The notes: a model not told the origin generated them from the sequence alone. 64,000 nt of DNA from Deltaproteobacteria bacterium (GCA_028695735.1 JAQVIJ010000001.1:582447-646446), one strand, 5' to 3'. Shown: positions 20,196-29,079, counted from the first letter of the stretch. Translations and numbers: made by a program.

Positions 20196-22730
20196 TTGCA
20201 CCATTTTCTATTCATAACAGCCATTTTCTCCTTCTGCCTCGGCATCATAGTCTCCTCCCGTTACTCACCGCTTTTTCTTCAGGCCATTCAAAGTGATGCA
20301 GCCTGGCTGCTCATGGGCTGGTCTTGTGTCCTTTTGGGCGGCTTCGGGCTTGTGTGGCAGTTGGTGCTGTTTGTGCGGCAAAAGAGGCAGGGTGTAGAAG
20401 GGTCTTTGCATATCTCCAGATGCCTGGTGTCCTGCCTTTTTGTGGCACTTTTGTTTTTAGGCATGGGCGGTTTGAATGTCAGGTTTTATGAAAAGGACTA
20501 TTTTGACGCGGGGCGGCCCCTCTGGGATATGGCGCAAAAAAATGAAGAGGTGGTGCTGGTGGGGCAGGTGATTCGCATGCCTGTTTTTAACAGCAGAGGC
20601 GAGACGCGTCTGCACATCGGCCTGTTGGCCCTGGCCGAACCATCGGGCCAGTCGCCTTTGAAGGGCGATATATTTTTGCATGTGAAGGGTCTGCGAATAG
20701 GAGATGTGCCGCCTGGCGATGTCTTGCGTTTTGCGGTGAGGCTGCGGGAGCCTAAGGGGTTTGCTGTGCCCGGGGCCTTTGATTCCAGGCTTTGGATGGA
20801 GATTCAGGGCATCCATGCAACGGCAAGCGTGGTTAGCCCCCTCAAGTGGGCTGTGATAGGCCATTTTCCCTCTTCGCCTGTGCTGCCTTACTGGCGATAT
20901 GTGCTGGAAACGGCCAGAATGCGGCTTGTCAGGGCATTACATCAGGCATTTCCTGCCAATGACACCCGTAGCCTTGCGGTGGGCCTGCTGCTGGGCGAGG
21001 CAGTGGGCATGGACATGAATGTGCTGGAGGTGGCTCAGGCCACAGGCATCAGCCATCTGCTGGCGGTTTCAGGCACCAATATGACTCTGGTGAGCCTTCT
21101 GGCCGGCTGGGTAGTGTATCGTCTCCTCATTCGCTGGCAGTTTCTTGCCTTGAGAACTTCAGTGCGGCGCATAGCGGCAGGTGTGGCTGTGCTGGCTGTT
21201 TTGGTATATGCCGGAATGGCGGGTTTTTCTGTTTCAGCCATGCGGGCTGTGCTGATGACCATCGCTGTCTCAGCCGCCTTTGTCCTGAATCGGCCACAAA
21301 GCCTTTTGAACGCACTGGCCCTGGCTGGTCTGGTCCTGTTGCTGTCTCAGCCGCTTCAGCTTTTCAGCCCATCCTTTCAGTTGTCCTTTGCTGCCGTCTT
21401 CTTTTTGTGCGCCCTGGCCACGCCTTTTTTGCAACAATTTGAAAAAGCAACCGATTTTGACAAGAATAGGCCTGTCTTGAAGAGATTGAAACATCATTTT
21501 GTCTCCCTGTTTGTAGCAGGGTCTGTGGCCCTTTTGGCCACTGCTCCCTTTATTGCATGGCATTTTCAGAGGTTTTCCCTGTTGGCCCTGCCTATAAATC
21601 TCCTTGCCGTGCCATTGACCGACTTTCTTTTGTTGCCTGGCCTTGTGCTTGGGGCATTGGCGCTGCCCTTTTCGCCGGAGCTATCCTTTGGCATCTGGCG
21701 AGTCATGGACTGTCTTCTCACCCTGTGTCTAACTGGTTTGCGGTGGGCAAGCCAATGGGAGTATGCCTCGTTTTGGTGCATCAAGCCATGGCTGTGGCAG
21801 GTGGTCATGGCAGTGCTTGCGCTTTTGTGCCTGGTGCTGGCCGTTCATCACAGGCCCTGGCTAAAGGGATGGCTCACACTCTCCTGTGTGCTTGTGCTGG
21901 TGTGCTTGAGTGGTTTTTGGTATCGCAGTGCCATGTTGGCCAGGAATACCACGCTGCGGCTTCATGTCCTGGATGTGGGGCAGGGCCTGGCCCAGGTGGT
22001 GGAGGGCCCCAAGGGTTTTTTGATGGTCATGGATGCAGGTGGCCTGGTGGCTAGTCCGGATTTCGATACGGGTGAAAGGCTGGTTGCCCCCTTTATTCGA
22101 TATTTAGGGTATAGAGGCATTGACCTGTTGGTGATGAGTCATCCTGAATATGATCACATGGGAGGGCTTCCCTATCTGATAGGACATTTTCCAGTAAGGG
22201 CCTTTTGGGCCAACGGCGATGAAGGAGAGGGCGAGACATGGCTCAGGCTTCAAGCAGCGCTTAATGAAAAAGGGCTTGGTATGCGGACACCGAAGGAGGA
22301 AAGCAGCCTTGAAATAAACGGTCTTGTGATACGCCCCCTTAAGCTTCAGGAATGTGAGGGTCTGGCCACACGCAATGCCCGTTCCTTGGTGCTGCTGCTC
22401 TTGTATCAGGGCCGCTCAATACTGTTGACAGGTGACATGGATGCCCAGAGGGAGGCCTGTATAGCCAATGGGCTCTCTCACATAGATGTCCTGGTTGCAC
22501 CCCACCACGGCAGCAGGTCCTCCAATTCACCCGTTTTAGTGCAGGCGGCCAGACCTGATGTGGTGATCTTTTCTGTGGGCAGGGCCAACCAGTTTCATCA
22601 GCCTCACAAGACAGTGCTGCGCCGTTATGAGGAAGTTGGAAGCAGGCTTTTGAGCACAGAACTGAATGGCACCATTACGGTGGAGGTGAATAAGGCAGGT
22701 GAAGTGGCTGTCTCAAAGACCTTGCCATAG
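20196..22730 (+). CDS. comEC: DNA internalization-related competence protein ComEC/Rec2
   Basis: 844 aa. N-terminal OB-like region, a polytopic competence domain (ATGISHLLAVSGTNMTLV) and a C-terminal metallo-beta-lactamase domain (HVLDVGQGLA...SHPEYDHMGG...VAPHHGS). The TTG start is uncertain. Confidence 0.85.
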   Translation: MHHFLFITAIFSFCLGIIVSSRYSPLFLQAIQSDAAWLLMGWSCVLLGGFGLVWQLVLFVRQKRQGVEGSLHISRCLVSCLFVALLFLGMGGLNVRFYEKDYFDAGRPLWDMAQKNEEVVLVGQVIRMPVFNSRGETRLHIGLLALAEPSGQSPLKGDIFLHVKGLRIGDVPPGDVLRFAVRLREPKGFAVPGAFDSRLWMEIQGIHATASVVSPLKWAVIGHFPSSPVLPYWRYVLETARMRLVRALHQAFPANDTRSLAVGLLLGEAVGMDMNVLEVAQATGISHLLAVSGTNMTLVSLLAGWVVYRLLIRWQFLALRTSVRRIAAGVAVLAVLVYAGMAGFSVSAMRAVLMTIAVSAAFVLNRPQSLLNALALAGLVLLLSQPLQLFSPSFQLSFAAVFFLCALATPFLQQFEKATDFDKNRPVLKRLKHHFVSLFVAGSVALLATAPFIAWHFQRFSLLALPINLLAVPLTDFLLLPGLVLGALALPFSPELSFGIWRVMDCLLTLCLTGLRWASQWEYASFWCIKPWLWQVVMAVLALLCLVLAVHHRPWLKGWLTLSCVLVLVCLSGFWYRSAMLARNTTLRLHVLDVGQGLAQVVEGPKGFLMVMDAGGLVASPDFDTGERLVAPFIRYLGYRGIDLLVMSHPEYDHMGGLPYLIGHFPVRAFWANGDEGEGETWLRLQAALNEKGLGMRTPKEESSLEINGLVIRPLKLQECEGLATRNARSLVLLLLYQGRSILLTGDMDAQREACIANGLSHIDVLVAPHHGSRSSNSPVLVQAARPDVVIFSVGRANQFHQPHKTVLRRYEEVGSRLLSTELNGTITVEVNKAGEVAVSKTLP

Positions 22731-22842
22731 GTGCTGTACATCTTATAAGATGGTAATGGTTTGTTTTTCAAGGAATCCATAAATGTTACCTTGCTGAAAG
22801 ACCACGGGTGCACTTAAACAGAAGTGAATAAGAGGTGAAGGC

Positions 22843-23424
22843 ATGAAAGAGCTGATACAAACCATAGACCAGGCAGTTGAGGCGCATTTGAAGGCCGTTT
22901 CCGTGGCGCGCTCGGCTGCTGAACAGCTGGCCCAAGTGGCTGTTCATATTGGGAATGCCCTGCAGCAAGGGGGCAAGGTGTTGGTCTTTGGAAACGGAGG
23001 CAGTGCCGCGGATGCCCAGCACCTGGCTGCTGAACTAGTGGGGCGCTTCAAAATGGAGCGCAAGGGCCTGCCTGCCATCGCCTTGACCACAGACACCTCC
23101 ATTTTGACGGCTGTGGCCAATGATTACGGTTTTGAGCAAGTCTTTGCCCGCCAGGTTCAGGCCTTGGCCCAAAGGGGTGATGTGCTCATAGGCATTACCA
23201 CCAGCGGCAATTCCGCCAATGTGTTGCAGGCCTTTGAACAAGGCAGACAGATTGGAGCAGGTCTTGTGGCCTTGACTGGCGCCTCAGGAGGCAGACTCGC
23301 TCAACAGCAGGATGTGTTGATGCTGCGCGCACCCTCTTCTGATACCCCTCGCATTCAGGAGATTCACGGGCTTTGGATTCATATCCTGTGTGACCTGGTG
23401 GAGAAACACCTCTTTACCAAATAG
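22843..23424 (+). CDS. gmhA: D-sedoheptulose-7-phosphate isomerase (SIS domain)
   Basis: 193 aa. VLVFGNGGSAADAQHLAAELVGRF, LTTDTSILTAVANDYGF and GITTSGNSANV. Confidence 0.85.
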   Translation: MKELIQTIDQAVEAHLKAVSVARSAAEQLAQVAVHIGNALQQGGKVLVFGNGGSAADAQHLAAELVGRFKMERKGLPAIALTTDTSILTAVANDYGFEQVFARQVQALAQRGDVLIGITTSGNSANVLQAFEQGRQIGAGLVALTGASGGRLAQQQDVLMLRAPSSDTPRIQEIHGLWIHILCDLVEKHLFTK

Positions 23425-23631
23425 CTCGAATCTCAACTCCCATATCGGCTATTCGCACTCAATCATTGGACATCAGATTTGCTTTGATTTGGCATATTCA
23501 AATTTATAAGAGAATGGGAATCGTTCATTTTCTATTTTTTGAATAACAATCACCCATTGTTGTTTAGTTTCTGTAGCAATGACAAGAAGATAATAGTCAA
23601 TTATTCAACTTTTGCTCATTAAGGCTGTTTT

Positions 23632-23662
23632 TGGCATATAGATATAGCAAATCAATATGCCA
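23632..23662. promoter_or_regulatory. Inverted repeat TGGCATAT-N15-ATATGCCA upstream of the cytochrome promoter (candidate operator or activator site)
   Basis: 8-bp perfect arms at 23632-23639 and 23655-23662. A third TTTGGCAT copy lies at about 23489 and a fourth overlaps the -35 element. Confidence 0.35.
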
Positions 23663-23669
23663 TTTGGCA

Positions 23670-23698
23670 TTGACAATTCCAATAGTCTTCTTTATAGA
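23670..23698 (+). promoter_or_regulatory. Candidate sigma-70 promoter of the Sec-cytochrome gene
   Basis: TTGACA (23670-23675), a 17-nt spacer, TATAGA (23693-23698). An AGGAGG RBS at 23722-23727 precedes the ATG at 23734. Confidence 0.5.
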
Positions 23699-23733
23699 AT
23701 GACATTATCAAACTTTTATTTAGGAGGAAGCCT

Positions 23734-25065
23734 ATGAAGTTCAAACAGTTGGGTTTGTTGTGCCTGTGCGGCTGCCTTTTGGCGTCTGCCGCCTATGGCG
23801 CAGCCAAGTCAGAGCCTGCCAAGCCGGCCAAGGCCAAGACCATGGCGGAACTGGCAGCCAAGTACGACTCCAAGTCGTGTGAGGAATGTCATCCGGATGT
23901 GTATGAGCAGTGGCAGAAGTCCATTCACTCCCGTTCCCTTTTGGGTACGGGTCGCACCGCTCCCACCATTCTCACGGCCATTGATATGGGTATCAAGAAG
24001 TTCCCATACTCTGGCGTGAAGGAAGACAAGGACCTGGAGGTGAGACACTTTATGCTCTGCGCTAAGTGTCACCTGCCCCAGATAGATGAGGCAAGTGACG
24101 AGGTGGTGAGGGAGATCATCGCTACCATCAGGGCCTGGCAGAAAGAGGATAATGATGCCAAGAGAGAGGAGTTGGAAAAAAAGATCTCCAGCGTAAATAT
24201 CGGCTGTATGGTCTGTCACAACAAGAAGGCCATCATTCACAAGTGGGCGGACGGCTATCCACAGCCCGATACCGTCTATGGTTCCAAGGCAGGCAAGCAT
24301 GAACACCCCAAATTTGACAAGATGGCCAAGGCACCGGCCCTGGGTGAGTCCATCTTTTGCGGCCAGTGCCATGGTTCAGGCCCGAACTTCGAGTTGGATG
24401 AGCCTTCACAGTGCGCCACACTCTATGGCAGCTATCTCTTTGCCTATGTGCCTGAGGGCGGGCATGAGAGCTGTCAGCAGTGTCACATGAAAAAATCAGG
24501 TTTGGGTCATGACATGGAGGCCTATCGCAGCGAGGCCATGAGAAAGATGGCCGTCAAGACAGAGGTGGATGGCAGGGCATTGTTCTGGAGAAAGAACAAG
24601 AAGGAAGGCGTGGTGCCCATGGGTATTATCAACGTGGAGCTTTTGAACAAGGCTGGGCACGTCATTCCGGATGGGTGACCTACTCCTAATAGAGTGGTCC
24701 TGGAAGTGACCGCCAAAACCAACGATGGAAAAGAGATATACAAGGAACAGAAGATATATATGCCGTTCCCAGGCCGTTTGGGCCGGGGAGAGGAGATGGG
24801 CCGTGGTCCTTATGAAAAGAGCGGCCTGTTGAGGGAGACGAGTCTGCCGCCTCTTCGTCCTGTAAAGGAGACCTTCGAGATACCATTCCCATATGTGGAT
24901 ACCACCAAGGACGGCAAGCCTTACAGGGAGCTGGCCAAGGACGAGATGACTGTGTCCGTCAAGCTCTGGTATGTGCCGTTCGGTGAGTTCGATGGCAACG
25001 AGGTCCTCTTCTTCAGTGAGGATAAAAAACTCGAGCTCAAAGGTGAATGGATGTGGCATAATTAG
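23734..25065 (+). CDS. Secreted pentahaem c-type cytochrome, predicted selenoprotein (in-frame UGA at 24676-24678 read as Sec315)
   Basis: ORFs 23734..24678 and 24694..25065 share one frame and are split only by a TGA. The product has a signal peptide and five CXXCH motifs (CEECH, CAKCH, CMVCH, CGQCH, CQQCH). The 443-aa read-through product is colinear with the 446-aa paralogue at 56261..57601, including across the junction motif. Confidence 0.65.
24694..24713 (+). other. Candidate bacterial SECIS stem-loop
   Basis: GUGGUC (24694-24699) pairs with GACCGC (24708-24713): 5 Watson-Crick pairs plus 1 G-U. The 8-nt loop is CUGGAAGU. The loop starts 24 nt after the U of UGA, within the spacing I recall for bacterial SECIS elements. 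Confidence 0.4.
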
Positions 25066-25094
25066 ACATTAACCCCTTATAAATTCAAAGATGA

Positions 25095-25131
25095 AGCGGG
25101 ATAGGCGGAAAAGGCCTTTCCCGCTTTTTTA
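25095..25131 (+). terminator. Rho-independent terminator after the Sec-cytochrome gene
   Basis: AGCGGGA (25095-25101) pairs with TCCCGCT (25119-25125), with an inner AGGC/GCCT pairing, followed by TTTTTT. Confidence 0.7.
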
Positions 25132-25220
25132 TTTTGATGATTGTTTTTTTAAGCGGAGAGGTTATTGTTAAAAAAATTCATTGCATCTTTGTGTGAAATT
25201 GCCGAAAGGAAAGAATCGCC

Positions 25221-25568
25221 ATGGAAAAGCAACCCATCGCCTTTTGTTGTCTTTCTCTTGTCTTGGTTGCCTTGTCGGCTGGTGCGGAAGCGGATGTCAA
25301 ATGCGAACGCATAGGCAATACCACTGTCTGTTCCGATGGGACAACTTACGAGCATAAGGGAGACAAGACCATACGCTCTGATGGCGTGGTGTATGAGCAT
25401 ATCGGCAATACCACCATCAGCTCCACAGGAAAGGTATATGAGCAGAAAGGGGACGAGGTAAAGGTCTCAGACGGCAAGGTTTATAAAAAGGTGGGCACCG
25501 TCATCATAGGCAGTGATGGAACGGTATGCCAGACCAAAAACGGAGTGGTGGTCTGTGAAAGACCATGA
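25221..25568 (+). CDS. Small secreted protein built of tandem ~13-aa repeats
   Basis: 115 aa. Signal peptide (MEKQPIAFCCLSLVLVALSAGAEA), then 5-6 repeats of G-x-T-x-x-S-D-G-x-x-Y-E-x-K. Symmetric Cys pairs lie at both ends (KCERIGNTTVC ... VCQTKNGVVVCERP). Confidence 0.5.
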   Translation: MEKQPIAFCCLSLVLVALSAGAEADVKCERIGNTTVCSDGTTYEHKGDKTIRSDGVVYEHIGNTTISSTGKVYEQKGDEVKVSDGKVYKKVGTVIIGSDGTVCQTKNGVVVCERP

Positions 25569-25645
25569 AAGCATCTCTTCACACCTTAATGCAAGCCTAA
25601 GAGTGAAGGCCGTGTGTCAGTGACCTTAATCAGGCGTAGGTTGTT

Positions 25646-26104
25646 TTAATTGAAGGCAAGCTCAATGGTGAAGTCGCCGTTCGGTGTGGTAAATGGCATG
25701 GCCACACACGGCCCTTTGCTGATGTGCTTTATGGTATGGCCTTGGCCTGATATCACGGTGGGTGTCCCTGCTTGCAGCACTATACCTGCCGCCTCCAGTC
25801 TTCTTCTTGCATCCCCGCAGATCATGTTGGTCAATTCACCCACAGCGTCTTTGACCTCTTCATTGAGCTCTGTGACAGGGGAGCCAAACAGATTTGAGAC
25901 AATGGCGCAGATACATGGAGTGGAAAAGGAAATGGACATGGACCCCTGTGCCTCACCTGTGATGCCTATGATGCCAGATGCATCGCCGTTGGCTGTCTGG
26001 TCTTTTTTCAAGAAGGGTTTGCCTGGGGTAACCTCCACCATGGCCATGGTCTTAAGCACATTTACGGCTGCTTCCAGAAAGGGATTTATGATCTTTGCGT
26101 CCAT
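25646..26104 (-). CDS. cheX: Chemotaxis phosphatase CheX-family protein
   Basis: 152 aa. The N-terminus MDAKIINPFLEAAVNVLKTMA and the ...GELTNMICG... motif are typical of CheX. Confidence 0.75.
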   Translation of the reverse strand: MDAKIINPFLEAAVNVLKTMAMVEVTPGKPFLKKDQTANGDASGIIGITGEAQGSMSISFSTPCICAIVSNLFGSPVTELNEEVKDAVGELTNMICGDARRRLEAAGIVLQAGTPTVISGQGHTIKHISKGPCVAMPFTTPNGDFTIELAFN

Positions 26105-26190
26105 TCCACTCTCCTGTTTTGTTTATGTTGACAATAATTTTCATTAGATAACCAAAAAATCCATAAAAAACAAGCCTGGTTGAGTGAATA

Positions 26191-26835
26191 TTATAAAAAA
26201 TGTGTTTCAACAGCTGCATAGAGTTCATCTATCTGTGACATGGAAAGCCCTGCCCCCAGGCCTACCTTTCTTGCAAATTCCTTGGTCATGAAGTCAGAAG
26301 GTGCGTGTCCGTCCGAATTGATGACCAGTGGCGCCCCGTATTCCACTGCCAGTCGAGCCACATGGCCGTTGGTGAGGGAGTGCCCTTTTCTGCCGGATAA
26401 TTCCAGAAATACCCCATTTTGAGCGGCCTTTTGCACATCTTCAGGGCTGATCAGGCCTGGGTGTGCCAGTATGTCCACTCCTGCCTCGATGGCGGCCCTG
26501 TTCGTGCCAGGGCATACTGGTTCTACGATGGTTTCTCCGTGGCAGACCACGAGCCTGGCCCCCAATCTTCGGGCCTCCTCTGTCAGGCGTGGAATGACAG
26601 CCGGCCGCACATGAGTGAGCTCCACGCCTGGCAGCAGCCGAGTGGCGCTATATTGATTGATATCTTTCAGGGTCTTTAAGAGATTGCACAGGATGTGCTC
26701 CAGGTTGGAGGCATCGGCATGGTCTGTGATGGCAATGGCCTTGTAACCCAATATCTCCACCCTTCTTACCAATTCTGACGGCAGCAGCTCTCCGTCACTG
26801 AATATGCTGTGACAGTGCAAATCTATCATAATCAC
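26191..26835 (-). CDS. PHP-domain metal-dependent phosphoesterase (histidinol-phosphatase-like)
   Basis: 214 aa. The N-terminal DLHCHSIFSDG motif, ITDHAD and later His/Asp ligands are typical of PHP domains. Confidence 0.75.
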   Translation of the reverse strand: MIMIDLHCHSIFSDGELLPSELVRRVEILGYKAIAITDHADASNLEHILCNLLKTLKDINQYSATRLLPGVELTHVRPAVIPRLTEEARRLGARLVVCHGETIVEPVCPGTNRAAIEAGVDILAHPGLISPEDVQKAAQNGVFLELSGRKGHSLTNGHVARLAVEYGAPLVINSDGHAPSDFMTKEFARKVGLGAGLSMSQIDELYAAVETHFL

Positions 26836-26836
26836 C

Positions 26837-27322
26837 TCACATCTTGTATTTGAAGTGCTCAGGACCCAATTCTTCCAGTACCTGATTCAGGTTTTGCTGC
26901 TGTGATGTACCATTTAGGGCATTTTCCAGCTGTATCACTCGCATCACTCGCTCGTTTACATAGATGGGGGCCTTGGTCTTCAGGGCAATGGCCACTGCAT
27001 CACTGGGCCGGGCATCGATTGTTGAGACGAGATCGTGATTTTTGGCTGTAATAACGGCATAAAAGGTATCATTTTTCATTTCAGAGATCTCTACCTCCAG
27101 GATTTCTATTCCCATTTTTTGGGCGAAGGTGACCAGCAGATCGTGTGTCATGGGCCGGGTAAACTGGAGCCGTTCCAGTTCCGAGGCTATCGCTGTGGCC
27201 TCCATGACACCGATCCAGATGGGCAGGGTGCGGGTCCCGTTCAGTTCCTGCAGAAGCAGTACCGGGGAATTGGAGTCTGGATCCAGTGTGATGGACTGTA
27301 CATATACGGGTATTCGATGCAT
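26837..27322 (-). CDS. Bifunctional nuclease (DNase/RNase, DUF151) family protein
   Basis: 161 aa. PVLLLQELNGTRTLPIWIGVMEATAIA...RPMTHDL...IDARPSDAVAIALK pattern. Confidence 0.8.
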   Translation of the reverse strand: MHRIPVYVQSITLDPDSNSPVLLLQELNGTRTLPIWIGVMEATAIASELERLQFTRPMTHDLLVTFAQKMGIEILEVEISEMKNDTFYAVITAKNHDLVSTIDARPSDAVAIALKTKAPIYVNERVMRVIQLENALNGTSQQQNLNQVLEELGPEHFKYKM

Positions 27323-27341
27323 TGGGCTCTCCTGATCGGTG

Positions 27342-27391
27342 GGGCACGTTGCAACGTGCCCTGTACGGTATCGGACGCGCAGAGTGCGTCC
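27342..27391. repeat. Two adjacent GC-rich palindromic hairpins downstream of miaB (terminator and/or REP-like element)
   Basis: Perfect 20-nt palindrome GGGCACGTTGCAACGTGCCC (27342-27361). A GGACGC/GCGTCC hairpin follows at 27373-27391. Confidence 0.6.
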
Positions 27392-27425
27392 CTATCTATG
27401 AAACTCGCAGTTTTTGTTTTGCAAT

Positions 27426-28748
27426 TCAGCCTTTGATCTGTAACTCGCCTCGCAAGGAATGGCAGAATGCCTCTGTGATCGTTATGTTAATGGTCTGACC
27501 TGTCAAATCGTCTGCGGTTTTGAAGTTTACCACATGATTGCCTCTGGTTCTACCTGCCATTTCCGATATATCTTTTGAGCTGACGCCGTCGACCAATACC
27601 TCGACTGTCTTGCCCAACAAACGCTCATGCCTTTTGCGGCTTATTTCATGCTGCATCTCCACTATCTGTGTGAGTCTGGCGGTTTTGAGTTCAAGGGGGA
27701 GCTGATGAGGCAGCCTGGCCGCGGTAGTGAAGGGTCTCGGTGAATAGTTGAAGACAAAGAGCTGTTCATACTGGACTTCCTGTAAAAGGGACAAGGTTTC
27801 CTGAAAATCCTCTTCGGTTTCACTCGGGAATCCCACGATCAGATCCGTTGTGAGAGAGATTTCAGGACAAAGCTCCCGTAATCTGTGGACCTTGCCAATG
27901 TATTCCTCCCTGGTGTATCTGCGGTTCATGGCCTTGAGAATGCGGGTGGAACCCGATTGCACCGGAAGGTGCAGGTGTTCGCAAAGGCAGTGAATCTCCA
28001 CAAAGCACCTCATGAGTTCCTCAGTCAGGTCTTTGGGATGGCTGGTCATGAATCTCAGTCGTTCCACTCCGCAATCCGCCACTGCTCTGAGCAGCTGTGC
28101 AAAATTAGATCTTCCCTCTTTTTTCCCATAGGAGTTGACATTCTGCCCCAAAAGCGTGACCTCTTTTACCCCTTGCCGAACGGCCTCCTTTACCTCGGCT
28201 AATATATCCTCCATAGGACGGCTGATCTCCCTACCCCTTACATAGGGCACCACACAATAAGAACAGAAGTTGTCGCAGCCCTGCATTATAGTGATGAACC
28301 GTTGAAATGGATGGGCATTAGGCGTGTGAGTGGTCAGAGTGGGGATGTGAAAATCCTGCCTGAGTTCCGTGCGGCAAACCCTGTGGCCTTTTTCAGCCTC
28401 TTGCAGTAAGGATGGCAGGTTGTAGAGGGTCTGAGGACCGAATACCAGGTCCACGTAAGGCAGTTTTTGCAGGAGCCGTTCCCCTTCCTGCTGCGCCACA
28501 CAGCCGCCTATGCCGAGAATCAGGTCTTTTTTCTGTTCCTTGAGCTTTCTGAATCTGCCTGCCATGCTATAGACCTTGTTTTCCGCCTTTTCGCGAATGG
28601 AACAGGTGTTGAGCAGTATCAGGTCTGCGTCTGCCGGGTTGTCCGTGGGCTCATAGGCAGGATATAATAATTGAAATATGCGCTGCGAGTCATGTTCGTT
28701 CATCTGGCAGCCGAATGTGATTATGTGAATGCGTTTAGAGGGTGTCAT
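27426..28748 (-). CDS. miaB: tRNA-i6A37 methylthiotransferase
   Basis: 440 aa. UPF0004 N-domain (ITFGCQMNEHDS), radical-SAM CDNFCSYC motif and a C-terminal TRAM domain. Confidence 0.9.
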   Translation of the reverse strand: MTPSKRIHIITFGCQMNEHDSQRIFQLLYPAYEPTDNPADADLILLNTCSIREKAENKVYSMAGRFRKLKEQKKDLILGIGGCVAQQEGERLLQKLPYVDLVFGPQTLYNLPSLLQEAEKGHRVCRTELRQDFHIPTLTTHTPNAHPFQRFITIMQGCDNFCSYCVVPYVRGREISRPMEDILAEVKEAVRQGVKEVTLLGQNVNSYGKKEGRSNFAQLLRAVADCGVERLRFMTSHPKDLTEELMRCFVEIHCLCEHLHLPVQSGSTRILKAMNRRYTREEYIGKVHRLRELCPEISLTTDLIVGFPSETEEDFQETLSLLQEVQYEQLFVFNYSPRPFTTAARLPHQLPLELKTARLTQIVEMQHEISRKRHERLLGKTVEVLVDGVSSKDISEMAGRTRGNHVVNFKTADDLTGQTINITITEAFCHSLRGELQIKG

Positions 28749-29022
28749 ATCTGGTGATAATTTGATAATCTCCTGTGATTTCGGTCAGTTCTTTTAAAAT
28801 ATCTTGCAGGTCCTTTTCGCTGTCTGTAACATGGCGTATCTCCACGAGGCCACAATCCCTGTCTATGGTGGTCATTATATATAAATTGTCGTAGGCCTCA
28901 AGAATAAAGCGTAAAAAATACACTGCTTGCGGCCGAATCCTGAGCCGCAATACATGCAGGTCTTCGTGTGATCGCACAAGATCATGCCCGTTAAATATAT
29001 GTTGCTTTTTATTCAGGTTCAT
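28735..29022 (-). CDS. Small conserved protein (DUF4911-like) upstream of miaB
   Basis: 95 aa, overlapping the miaB start by 14 nt. The motif YFLRFILEAYDNLYIMTTID resembles DUF4911, which I recall is often paired with miaB. Confidence 0.5.
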   Translation of the reverse strand: MNLNKKQHIFNGHDLVRSHEDLHVLRLRIRPQAVYFLRFILEAYDNLYIMTTIDRDCGLVEIRHVTDSEKDLQDILKELTEITGDYQIITRYDTL

Positions 29023-29079
29023 ATCATATTATCTGCCATACAACATATTTCATAAGAATCTTCAATAAAAGGGCGGCCT

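Noticed and set aside
23632-23680. TGGCAT motifs upstream of the Sec-cytochrome as sigma-54 -24 elements.
   Set aside because: None has a GC dinucleotide at the strict -12 spacing. The nearest (TGGCATATAGATATAGCA) is 2 nt too long. A good sigma-70-type promoter is present instead.
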